Assembly (NCBI RefSeq): GCF_040372045.1 | Contig: NZ_BAABWH010000008.1 | Source of the DNA: Thalassolituus maritimus | Lineage (GTDB): Bacteria; Pseudomonadota; Gammaproteobacteria; Pseudomonadales; Oceanobacteraceae | DNA: 32,000 nucleotides | Direction: 5' to 3' (one strand) | Part shown: piece by piece, positions 8,165 through 16,593 of the stretch | Position numbering within the stretch: position 1 is the stretch's first letter | Layout: each line of letters opens with the position of its first letter | Position numbers and translations under genes: made by a program | The notes under the pieces: model-generated | Told to the model about the DNA's origin: nothing | The model's database searches: none | Seen by the model: only the letters and a program-made list of their open reading frames with translations

Positions 8165-9535
8165 ATGCGTTTACTCGTTGTTGAAGATGATCCAACCCTA
8201 CGCGAAGCCGTAGTGGATACCCTGAAAATGAAAGGGTATGACGTCAAAGAAGCGCCGAATGGTATCGAAGCGGTTGCACTGTTGAATCATCATCAGTTTG
8301 ATGTGGTGCTGTCGGATATCAATATGCCGGGTATGGACGGACTTGAGTTACTCAATCATATTAAACAGCAGCATCCATGGTTACCGGTGCTACTGATGAC
8401 GGCGTATGGCGACGTCTCGCAAGCGGTTCAGGCGATGCAGAAAGGCGCTGACGATTACCTGATGAAGCCTTTTGAACTCCGCGAATTGGAAGCGCTGTTA
8501 AAGCCCTACGTTCAGGGTGATGCCAGCGTTTCGGACAAGGATCAGCCAGTGTGTGAGGCGTTTGCTTCACAGCAACTTTTCCAGATGGCGATGCGGGTTG
8601 CAGCGACCGACTCTACGGTATTAATCAGTGGTGAGAGTGGTACCGGTAAAGAAGTCCTTGCGCGCTACGTGCATCAGAATTCGCCACGAAAAAGCGGTCC
8701 TTTTATTGCGTTAAATTGTGCGGCGATCCCCGAAAATATGCTCGAAGCCATGCTGTTTGGTTACGAGAAAGGGGCGTTCACAGGTGCTTACAGTGCCATG
8801 CCGGGTAAGTTCGAACAGGCCGACGGCGGCACCATTCTCTTAGATGAAATTACTGAGATGGATATGGGGCTTCAGGCTAAGCTTCTGCGCGTATTGCAGG
8901 AACGTCAGGTGGAGCGACTCGGTGGCAAAAAAACCATCGACCTGAATGTCCGGATCATTGCGACCACTAACCGTGATCTCGCAGATTATGTCGCCGAGGG
9001 TAATTTCCGTGAGGATCTCTATTACCGTTTAACGGTATTCCCATTGCAGTGGCTGCCACTGCGCGAACGTCGCGAAGATATTCTGCCACTCGCTCGCCGT
9101 TTGCTGAATCATCACGCGGATAAAATGAAGCGTCCGGCACCGGTATTACACCCGGATGCCGAGCGTAAGCTGATTACTCATTCCTGGCCGGGTAATGTCC
9201 GCGAGCTGGATAACACCGTACAGAGAGCATTAATCATGCAAACGGGCGCTCAGCTGAATGCCAATGACTTTATCCTGACTCCGGTGCCGAAAAATCGCCA
9301 GGTCAGCGCTGTCCCGACCGCTGAGATTCCCCCCGTTCCTGTTGATGAAGGTGAGTTGGGTTCAGACTTGCGTACCCGCGAGGTGGAGTTAATTGTCCGT
9401 GCGTTGAAAGAAGAACCCAGCCGGAAAGATGCCGCAGAGCGCCTTGGCATCAGCCCTCGTACTCTTCGCTATAAAGTCGCGCGCCTTCGTGATGAGGGTG
9501 TCGATGTTGAATCAATGGTGATGGCGGCGTCGTAA
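8165..9535 (+). CDS. fleR: Sigma54-dependent response regulator FleR
   Basis: REC domain (LLVVEDD.., DVVLSDINMPGMDG, KPF), AAA+ [14 protein letters not shown], and a C-terminal HTH (LGISPRTLRYKV). Confidence 0.9.
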   Translation: MRLLVVEDDPTLREAVVDTLKMKGYDVKEAPNGIEAVALLNHHQFDVVLSDINMPGMDGLELLNHIKQQHPWLPVLLMTAYGDVSQAVQAMQKGADDYLMKPFELRELEALLKPYVQGDASVSDKDQPVCEAFASQQLFQMAMRVAATDSTVLISGESGTGKEVLARYVHQNSPRKSGPFIALNCAAIPENMLEAMLFGYEKGAFTGAYSAMPGKFEQADGGTILLDEITEMDMGLQAKLLRVLQERQVERLGGKKTIDLNVRIIATTNRDLADYVAEGNFREDLYYRLTVFPLQWLPLRERREDILPLARRLLNHHADKMKRPAPVLHPDAERKLITHSWPGNVRELDNTVQRALIMQTGAQLNANDFILTPVPKNRQVSAVPTAEIPPVPVDEGELGSDLRTREVELIVRALKEEPSRKDAAERLGISPRTLRYKVARLRDEGVDVESMVMAAS

Positions 9536-9544
9536 CGGTAAATC

Positions 9545-9560
9545 TGGCAAGGCGTTTGCA
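9545..9560 (+). promoter_or_regulatory. Sigma54 promoter of fliEFGHIJ
   Basis: TGGCAAGGCGTTTGCA, with GG at 9546-9547 and GC at 9558-9559, exactly N10 apart. Confidence 0.7.
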
Positions 9561-9641
9561 ACGTCAAAGAAAGCCCCAGAAAAATATCAAAAAAGTGTCA
9601 AAAAAAAGTTACCGGGGCCATTGCTGATAAGGGTGTGAATC

Positions 9642-10061
9642 ATGGTTGATCGTGTTGATGTAAGTTCCGTTCTGATGCAGATGCGACAGGTTAAAGACCA
9701 GTTGCGTTCTCAGAATGAAATGGCGACGCAGGGCGTGCGTCCAAACACGGAAATGGATGCCGTTTCACGTATTGCGCAGCAGGCCGAGCAGGTGTCGTCG
9801 GTGCCTGCAACTCAACAGGTCAGCGGTGACAATACTGTTCCCGATTTTCAGTCGATGTTTAAGAACGCGATTGATAACGTCAACGAGAACCAGAAAACTG
9901 CGGCGCAGTTAGCGACCCGGTTTGAACAGGGCGACCCATCGATTGACTTACCAGAAGTCATGATTGCGTTGCAAAAATCCAGTGTGTCTTTTCAGGCGAT
10001 GACTCAGGTTAGAAATAAGCTGGTCGAAGCCTATAAAGACATTATGAACATGCCTGTTTAA
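9642..10061 (+). CDS. fliE: Flagellar hook-basal body protein FliE
   Basis: The C-terminus [38 protein letters not shown] is the conserved FliE signature, and the gene sits directly upstream of fliF. The N-terminal start is somewhat uncertain because the ORF is longer than the ~110 aa typical of FliE. Confidence 0.85.
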   Translation: MVDRVDVSSVLMQMRQVKDQLRSQNEMATQGVRPNTEMDAVSRIAQQAEQVSSVPATQQVSGDNTVPDFQSMFKNAIDNVNENQKTAAQLATRFEQGDPSIDLPEVMIALQKSSVSFQAMTQVRNKLVEAYKDIMNMPV

Positions 10062-10072
10062 TGGTCTGAATT

Positions 10073-11812
10073 ATGGAAAACGTTCCTGCACAGGCAGGCG
10101 CAGCCGCTGAGGGTGCACCTGCTTCTAACCCCGAAAATCAGACCGCGCCCGACAGCATATCCGGCGGTTCTGCGGCTGCTTCAGAGACAACCGGGCATCC
10201 GTTACTTGCTGGTTTCAGTGCATTACCAATGACTCGCCAGGTGATGGCGATTGGCGGTATTGCATTAGTCGTCGCGATTGGTATCGCGGTGATGATCTGG
10301 TCTGGTGAGCCTACGTACAAACCCCTTATTCACCGCATGCAGGATCACAATGCGCAGGATATTGTTGAAATCCTGAATCGCGAGAGCATTCCATTTCAGA
10401 TTGATCCCACCACCCAGGTATTGATGGTCGAAGCCGGTGATGTGCACGAGGCCCGTATGAAGCTCGCGGCGGCCAGCTTAATCGACGATAAAACGGTGGG
10501 CCTCGAAGTGCTCGAGCAGGACAGTGCGCTGGGCACCAGTCAGTTCATTGAGAATGCACGTTATCGCCGCGGACTTGAGGGTGAATTGGCGCGTACCATT
10601 GCCAGTGTTAAGTCAGTCCGCAATGCACGGGTGCATCTTGCTATTCCCCGTCAGTCTGTATTCGTCCGTGATCAGCGTAAGCCGCGGGCATCCGTATTTG
10701 TTGAACTTTATCCCGGTAGCAGCCTGAGTAAAGATCAGGTCGAGGCGGTCGTTAATCTGGTTGCGACCAGTGTCAGCGAGATGGATCGTTCAGACGTGTC
10801 CGTCGTCGACCAGCAGGGTAATCTGCTGTCAAAAATTGAAGACGATGCAGAAGAAATGTTGGCGGCTCGTCAGCTCGACTACCGTGAGAAGGTCGAGACC
10901 TCTATTTCTGATGCGGTAAATAATATTCTGAAACCCGTACTGGGGTCGGCCAATTATAAGGCTGAAGTCTCGGCGGATATTGATTTCACCGTTCGTGAAG
11001 AAAGCTCAGAATTATTTAACCCAGATCTGATTGCCTTGCGCAGTGAGCAGGTTATTGATGAGCAGAATTCGTCTGACCTTGGTGGAGGTATCCCCGGTGC
11101 GCTATCGAATCAGCCACCACCTGATGCCATTGCACCGGAAGAAGCCATTGGCGCAGGCGGTGCCGGTGCAGCTGGTGGCGCGGCAGGTAAACGTCGATCT
11201 GAAGCTACCCGAAATTACGAAGTAGACCGTACGTTGAGCTATCGCCAGCACTCGGTGGGTGATATTCGCCGTCTGACCGTCGCTGTCGTGGTCAATGACA
11301 AAGCAGTGTTGGATGCCGAGGGTAATACTGTGATGCAGCCATGGACTGTCGACGATCTGCAGCGTATCGAAACCTTGGTTAAAGATGCGGTCGGCTTTAA
11401 TGCGGCGCGTGGCGACAGTGTGAACGTCATTAATTCGCCATTTATGGGCGATGACTCGCAAACACTTGGTGAGCCGGATATCTGGACACAGCCTTGGTTC
11501 TGGGAACTGGTCAAACAAGTACTTGCTGGGTTGTTTGTTCTGATTCTGATCTTCGGTGTGATCCGTCCTACGATCAAAAGCATTACCAACAAAGGTCGTG
11601 AAGAAAGTGACTTACTGCTCGATGAACTTGAAGATGCCGAAGCAGGATTGGATGATGATAAGGTCACCCTGGCTGGTATGGATGAGTACCTGCTACCGGG
11701 TGCATCCGAAAGTTATGAGCGTCAACTCGATGCGTTGAAAGGTCTGATTGCGGAAGATCCAGCGCGTGTTGCTCAGGTGGTAATTCAGTGGGTGAATGAC
11801 GATGCCGGATAA
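10073..11812 (+). CDS. fliF: Flagellar MS-ring protein FliF
   Basis: 579 aa with two TM segments (VMAIGGIALVVAIGIAVMIW and VLAGLFVLILIFGVI). It has YscJ/FliF-type periplasmic core motifs (LEGELARTIASVKSVRNARVHLAIP) and the expected synteny. Confidence 0.95.
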   Translation: MENVPAQAGAAAEGAPASNPENQTAPDSISGGSAAASETTGHPLLAGFSALPMTRQVMAIGGIALVVAIGIAVMIWSGEPTYKPLIHRMQDHNAQDIVEILNRESIPFQIDPTTQVLMVEAGDVHEARMKLAAASLIDDKTVGLEVLEQDSALGTSQFIENARYRRGLEGELARTIASVKSVRNARVHLAIPRQSVFVRDQRKPRASVFVELYPGSSLSKDQVEAVVNLVATSVSEMDRSDVSVVDQQGNLLSKIEDDAEEMLAARQLDYREKVETSISDAVNNILKPVLGSANYKAEVSADIDFTVREESSELFNPDLIALRSEQVIDEQNSSDLGGGIPGALSNQPPPDAIAPEEAIGAGGAGAAGGAAGKRRSEATRNYEVDRTLSYRQHSVGDIRRLTVAVVVNDKAVLDAEGNTVMQPWTVDDLQRIETLVKDAVGFNAARGDSVNVINSPFMGDDSQTLGEPDIWTQPWFWELVKQVLAGLFVLILIFGVIRPTIKSITNKGREESDLLLDELEDAEAGLDDDKVTLAGMDEYLLPGASESYERQLDALKGLIAEDPARVAQVVIQWVNDDAG

Positions 11813-12833
11813 TACAATGCCAGAGGCGGGCAACGCGCTCGCTAACCTCAGCAGAACAGAGCGCGCAGCTATTCTGTTAATGTCCCTCGGTGAGCAGGAT
11901 GCTGCAGAAATTCTGAAGCACATGGGCCCGAAAGAAGTGCAGCGTGTTGGCTCGGCTATGGCGACCTTGACCAGTGTTAATCAGGGCCAGGTCGAAGGCG
12001 TTGTTTCTGAATTCCTTGACGCGGTAAGTGGCCAGACAGGCATGGGCCTTGGGGCGGACGACTACATCCGAAACATGCTGACTCAGGCACTGGGCCAGGA
12101 TAAAGCTGGTGCACTGATTGATCGGATTCTGCTGGGTGGTAACACTACTGGACTGGACTCGCTGAAATGGATGGAGCCGCGTCAGGTTGCAGACCTGATT
12201 CGTCATGAACATCCACAGATTCAGGCGATTGTTGTGTCATATCTGGATGCCGATCAGTCAGCCGAGGTTCTGTCTCTGTTTGATGAGAAAGTCGTGCTCG
12301 ACATCATCATGCGCGTGGCGTCATTGGAGGCGGTACAGCCTGCGGCGCTGCAAGAACTGAATGACATTCTCGAACGTCAATTCTCTGGCAAGGCCGGGAC
12401 TCAGACAACCACAATGGGTGGTATCAAATGCGCTGCCAGCATCGTTAACTTCGTTGACAGTACGATCGCTTCTGAGCTGCTCGAGCAGATCAAAGAAGTC
12501 GACGAAGACCTCGGTACGCAAATCGAAGATCTTATGTTCGTATTCGACAATCTGGTGGACGTCGACGATCGTGGTATTCAGGCGCTGTTGCGGGAAGTAT
12601 CAACCGACCTGTTGGTATTGGCTCTCAAGGGTGCCGATCCGGGTGTTCAGGAAAAGATCTTCAAGAATATGTCGAAACGTGCGGCCGAATTGCTGCGTGA
12701 TGATCTGGATGCCAAAGGTCCGGTCAAACTCAGCGATGTGGAAGGCGCACAGAAAGAGATTCTTACCATTGCACGCCGTCTGGCCGATGCGGGTGAAATC
12801 ATGCTCGGTGGTGGCGGTGAGGCCATGGTTTAA
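11796..12833 (+). CDS. fliG: Flagellar motor switch protein FliG
   Basis: TERAAILLMSLGEQDAAEILKHMGPKEVQRV, and the C-terminal torque helix region MSKRAAELLRDDL. 345 aa. It overlaps the fliF end by 17 nt; alternative ATG starts exist at 11802 and 11817. Confidence 0.95.
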   Translation: MTMPDNTMPEAGNALANLSRTERAAILLMSLGEQDAAEILKHMGPKEVQRVGSAMATLTSVNQGQVEGVVSEFLDAVSGQTGMGLGADDYIRNMLTQALGQDKAGALIDRILLGGNTTGLDSLKWMEPRQVADLIRHEHPQIQAIVVSYLDADQSAEVLSLFDEKVVLDIIMRVASLEAVQPAALQELNDILERQFSGKAGTQTTTMGGIKCAASIVNFVDSTIASELLEQIKEVDEDLGTQIEDLMFVFDNLVDVDDRGIQALLREVSTDLLVLALKGADPGVQEKIFKNMSKRAAELLRDDLDAKGPVKLSDVEGAQKEILTIARRLADAGEIMLGGGGEAMV

Positions 12834-12848
12834 GGGGTGTAGTAACGC

Positions 12849-13931
12849 ATGGCAGAAACCCGGCGTGATGCGCCCATACCTGCAGAAAGTGCCGAAGAGG
12901 CGCGCCCTTGGCGATTGCCTTTCTGGACTGAGCCGCCTGTTCACGCCGTTGAGCGCGAAAAAGAAGAATCGGCAGAGACTGATAACGACGCCGAGGAAGC
13001 GGAAACCGACGCGGCGAAACCCGACTATCCTACGGCAGACGAGCTTGAGACCATTCGCCGGGAGGCTTACAACGACGGTCTGGAGCAGGGCCGTATAGAA
13101 GGCAGGCAGCAAGGGCACAAGGAAGGCTATGAGGCAGGATTTGCCGAAGGCCGCGAAGCCGGGCATCAGGAAGGTTTTTCTTCGGGGCAGAAAGAAGGCG
13201 CAACGGCCGGTTTCCAGGAAGGTAAGGCACAGGGCAGTCAGGAAGCGGCAGAAGAAGCTCAGCGTTTACGCCAGCTTGTGGCTACATTGCAGGGCTCTTT
13301 GCGAGAGCGGGATGCGCAGTTGCCTGAAGTTATGGTCATGTTGCTGACGCGGCTTGCCGAGCAGGTACTGGAGCAGGAACTCAACACAGGTGCTGACAAT
13401 ATTACGCGCTACGTCGATGCAGCGATTGATGCGCTTCCTGATGGTGAAATACTGGCGAAAGTATATGTGTCACCGGCGGACGCCGATTTGCTGACAGCCC
13501 ACAAAGCGGCGCGCATGATTGAGACCGACAATGCTCTGAACGCGGGTGAGTGTCGGATCGAAAGTGAGAACAGCCTTGTAGAATATTCCGTCAGCGACAG
13601 TCTACAGCAGCATCTGATGTCATTGGCGGGTACTCTTCTGACCACCGCAGATGGCTATCCATCTGACGATATCGACGAAAATACTCTGTTGGAGAGTGAG
13701 CCAGAAACTGACGTCGACGAAGAGACAACGGCCCCCCGTGCTTCCGATTCGTCCCCAGCTCATCACGATACTCAGGTAGATTCTTCCTCAGACTCAATAA
13801 CAGAGCCAACAACAGAATCAACAATAGATTCCGAAGCTGATTCAGCAGCAGTTATGACCGATAAATCTTCATCTTCCGACCAGAAACAAGATCAGGAACA
13901 GAACGATGACCCTGAGCAGCCGCTGGCGTAA
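12849..13931 (+). CDS. fliH: Flagellar export ATPase regulator FliH, with an unusually long acidic/Ser-rich C-terminal tail
   Basis: The FliH-type AxxxG/GxxxG repeat segment is [37 protein letters not shown]. The gene lies between fliG and fliI. 360 aa, against about 230-270 typical. Confidence 0.85.
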   Translation: MAETRRDAPIPAESAEEARPWRLPFWTEPPVHAVEREKEESAETDNDAEEAETDAAKPDYPTADELETIRREAYNDGLEQGRIEGRQQGHKEGYEAGFAEGREAGHQEGFSSGQKEGATAGFQEGKAQGSQEAAEEAQRLRQLVATLQGSLRERDAQLPEVMVMLLTRLAEQVLEQELNTGADNITRYVDAAIDALPDGEILAKVYVSPADADLLTAHKAARMIETDNALNAGECRIESENSLVEYSVSDSLQQHLMSLAGTLLTTADGYPSDDIDENTLLESEPETDVDEETTAPRASDSSPAHHDTQVDSSSDSITEPTTESTIDSEADSAAVMTDKSSSSDQKQDQEQNDDPEQPLA

Positions 13932-15231
13932 CGTCGCTCCCGAAGCGGTTTACCGTCCACGTACGTCTGGACGGCTTGTTCGTATGGTCGGGCTGACCCT
14001 TGAGGCAATCGGAATCGACGTGAAAACCGGCGATCGTTGCCGGGTTGAACGGCCGGGTGGCGGTGATGTCGAAGCCGAAGTTGTGGGCTTTGATGGCCAG
14101 CGTATCTTCCTGATGCCCATCGAGCAGGTAGACGGACTGCGTCCGGGGGCGCGGGTGTGGCCACTGCAGGGCAGTGCCGATGTGCCTGTTGGCTTTTCTC
14201 TGTTAGGTCGTGTGGTTGACGGTGCCGGAAGGCCACTGGACCTGGACGGCCCCCTCCTCAATACCGAATCCGGTAACCTCAACGGACGTTACATTAATCC
14301 GCTGCATCGGGCGCCCATCCGCGATACCTTGGATGTCGGGATACGTGCGATTAACTCCATGCTGACAGTAGGGCGCGGCCAACGTATCGGCCTGTTTGCT
14401 GGTTCTGGCGTCGGTAAGAGTGTCCTGCTGGGCATGATGACGCGCTTCACTACGGCCGACGTAGTGGTAGTGGGTCTGATTGGCGAACGTGGACGTGAGG
14501 TAAAGGAATTTATCGACGAAATTCTCGGTCCGGAGGGGCTAAAGCGTGCAGTTGTTATCGCTTCCCCCGCGGATGACTCTCCATTAATGCGTTTACGCGC
14601 AGCCATGTACACCACAGCCGTGGCCGAATTTTTCCGGGATCAGGGACTGAATGTTCTGATGCTGATGGATTCCCTGACACGTTATGCGCAAGCACAGCGT
14701 GAAATTGCACTGGCGGTGGGTGAGCCACCTGCTACGAAGGGATATCCGCCTTCTGTGTTTAATAAACTGCCGAAACTGGTGGAACGAACGGGTAACGGAC
14801 AGCAAGGTGGCGGATCAATCACCGCCTTCTACACAGTGCTCAGTGAGGGGGATGACATGCAGGACCCGATTGCCGATGCCAGTCGGGCTATTCTGGACGG
14901 TCACGTTGTACTGTCACGTAAGCTCGCCGAAGAAGGGCATTATCCGGCTATTGATGTAGAGGCTTCTGTCAGCCGGGTCATGCCTCAAGTAGTCGACGAA
15001 GGCTGGCTGCAACAGGCTCAATTGTGTCGCCGTCTAATGGCGCATTATCGTCAGAACCAGGATCTCGTGGCCGTTGGGGCCTATCAGGCCGGAACCGATC
15101 AGGTACTCGATGTGGCGATTGATCGTATGCCGAGAATCAAAGCCATGCTCCGACAAGGACTTACTGAAGGTTCGGATATCGATACCAGCCGTAAAGCCCT
15201 TAATGACTTGTTCCCGGGAGCTGAAGGGTGA
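13906..15231 (+). CDS. fliI: Flagellum-specific type III export ATPase FliI
   Basis: Walker [12 protein letters not shown], Walker [19 protein letters not shown], and F1/T3SS-ATPase-type core motifs. 441 aa. Confidence 0.95.
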   Translation: MTLSSRWRNVAPEAVYRPRTSGRLVRMVGLTLEAIGIDVKTGDRCRVERPGGGDVEAEVVGFDGQRIFLMPIEQVDGLRPGARVWPLQGSADVPVGFSLLGRVVDGAGRPLDLDGPLLNTESGNLNGRYINPLHRAPIRDTLDVGIRAINSMLTVGRGQRIGLFAGSGVGKSVLLGMMTRFTTADVVVVGLIGERGREVKEFIDEILGPEGLKRAVVIASPADDSPLMRLRAAMYTTAVAEFFRDQGLNVLMLMDSLTRYAQAQREIALAVGEPPATKGYPPSVFNKLPKLVERTGNGQQGGGSITAFYTVLSEGDDMQDPIADASRAILDGHVVLSRKLAEEGHYPAIDVEASVSRVMPQVVDEGWLQQAQLCRRLMAHYRQNQDLVAVGAYQAGTDQVLDVAIDRMPRIKAMLRQGLTEGSDIDTSRKALNDLFPGAEG

Positions 15232-15668
15232 CCTACCGTCATCCCCGTGCGCAACGTCTGGCCGTCGTTCTGGATATTCGTCGGCGCGAAGAGAAGGAGG
15301 CGTTGCAGCGTTGGGGGGACATTGAAAAACGCCTCACTGCTGAAAAAGATAAGCGAACTCAGCTGAGCGATTACGCATCGGAATATCGTCGCCAGATTAC
15401 CGCACCTACTTCGGCAAGTGTCGCAGCAGGGCAGGTCCATAACTCTCTCGAGTTTATCGGGCAGATAGAAACCGCGCTCCATCAGCAGGACCAGCAGCTT
15501 CAGGAATTGCAGGCGATGAGTGATAAAGCCCGCGCCGTTTATCTGGATGTGCACCATAAAGCCGATGCACTGGAAAGCATGATTGAGAAGCTGGAGGAAG
15601 AGCATCGACACATGCTGAATCGTGCGGAGCAAAGAGAGGCTGACGAGTGGGCTACCCGCCGACGTTGA
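15228..15668 (+). CDS. fliJ: Flagellar export chaperone-escort protein FliJ
   Basis: 146-aa coiled-coil, Arg/Glu/Gln-rich protein. Its GTG start overlaps the fliI stop (GTGA), and its position after fliI fits FliJ. The call rests mainly on synteny and composition. Confidence 0.75.
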   Translation: MTYRHPRAQRLAVVLDIRRREEKEALQRWGDIEKRLTAEKDKRTQLSDYASEYRRQITAPTSASVAAGQVHNSLEFIGQIETALHQQDQQLQELQAMSDKARAVYLDVHHKADALESMIEKLEEEHRHMLNRAEQREADEWATRRR

Positions 15669-15915
15669 TATCTGGCACTTGCTTCTGACGTTAATTCTTA
15701 AATCTTTTACGCCTGACTGAATATTATTACCTGACTTTTGTTTCAACTTTGCCCTGAAACCGGCAATTGACGGCGCTGTTTGCCATTAAATCTCTCTTCT
15801 GGCATCACTGACCAGTCTCTCGGCGACGGCCGACATTAAAAAATTTCCCTCTTTGTGTGGCAGCCCACAGATTGCCTACTAATCTTAAGGTCATAACCCT
15901 GACCGGAAGACAGTA

Positions 15916-16197
15916 ATGAGTGACTCCAACCCCGTTTCCTGCGGTAACCGCCTGAGTATTGATCAGGCTGAAGCCCTGTATGAAAAGTTTGAAGCAGCGG
16001 TGTTAGGAGGCGGTGACGTGGTATTAGACGCCAGTGAGGTGCAGTACTCAGACACCGCAGGATATCAGCTGATTATCAGTCTGAAGAAAACACTCGCCAC
16101 AACGGGTAATACCATCAAGTGGCATGCGGTCTCCGACAATATTCGAGAAATAACCGGCTATTTAGGCCTCAAGCAGGCGATTGACCTGCCAGATTAA
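15916..16197 (+). CDS. Small STAS-domain protein (anti-sigma-antagonist fold) heading the chemosensory operon
   Basis: 93 aa with a STAS-like pattern: LSIDQAEALYEKFEAAVLGGGDVVLDASEVQYSDTAGYQLIISLKKTL...IKWHAVSDNIREITGYLGL. The usual DSSG/DSSA phospho-Ser motif is replaced by SDTAG. Confidence 0.7.
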   Translation: MSDSNPVSCGNRLSIDQAEALYEKFEAAVLGGGDVVLDASEVQYSDTAGYQLIISLKKTLATTGNTIKWHAVSDNIREITGYLGLKQAIDLPD

Positions 16198-16226
16198 TTA
16201 TTCGTTCACACAGCGGGAGAACTCCT

Positions 16227-16589
16227 ATGACGAGTATTTTAGCAGTCGATGATTCGGCATCTATGCGCCAGATGGTCAGCTTTACGCTGAAAGGTGCGGG
16301 TTTTGATGTGCGCGAAGCCACCGACGGGGTCGAAGCACTCGAAATCGCCAAAACCGAGAGCTTCGATCTGGTTTTAACCGACGTGAATATGCCAAACATG
16401 AATGGCATTGAGTTGGTTAAGAATTTGCGCCAGCTCGACCCTTATAAGTTCACCCCCATGTTGATGCTGACCACAGAATCAGCGGGTGACATGAAAATGC
16501 AGGGCAAGCAAGCCGGCGCAACAGGTTGGATCGTTAAACCGTTCAACCCTGATCAACTACTGAGCACAATCAAACGCGTTTTAGGATAA
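16227..16589 (+). CDS. cheY: Chemotaxis response regulator CheY (Che2/F7-type cluster)
   Basis: 120-aa stand-alone REC domain: ILAVDDSASMR, DLVLTDVNMPNMNG, WIVKPF. A GGGAGA RBS precedes it. Confidence 0.9.
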   Translation: MTSILAVDDSASMRQMVSFTLKGAGFDVREATDGVEALEIAKTESFDLVLTDVNMPNMNGIELVKNLRQLDPYKFTPMLMLTTESAGDMKMQGKQAGATGWIVKPFNPDQLLSTIKRVLG

Positions 16590-16593
16590 GCGA

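Noticed and set aside
12361-13166. Long alternative-frame ORFs across the fliG/fliH junction (12361..13098 +, 245 aa; 12600..13166 -, 188 aa)
   Set aside because: They overlap well-supported fliG and fliH coding sequence. Their translations are Arg/Ser/Cys-rich with no motifs, typical of off-frame ORFs in moderately GC-rich genes.
15099-15746. Minus-strand ORF of 215 aa antisense to the fliI end and fliJ
   Set aside because: It is completely antisense to two syntenic flagellar genes that show translational coupling. It has no recognisable motifs or RBS.
15829-15836. GCCGACAT resembling the sigma28 -10 element (GCCGATAA) upstream of the che operon
   Set aside because: The sequence at the required -35 position, 11 nt upstream, is GACCAGTC. 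That has no resemblance to TAAAGTTT or TCAAG, so the -10-like match is probably a chance occurrence.
15858-15875. Sigma54-like TGGCAG....TTGC upstream of the che operon
   Set aside because: The spacer between TGGCAG and TTGC is 8 nt instead of 5, giving GG-N13-GC. Sigma54 promoters tolerate essentially no change in -24/-12 spacing.
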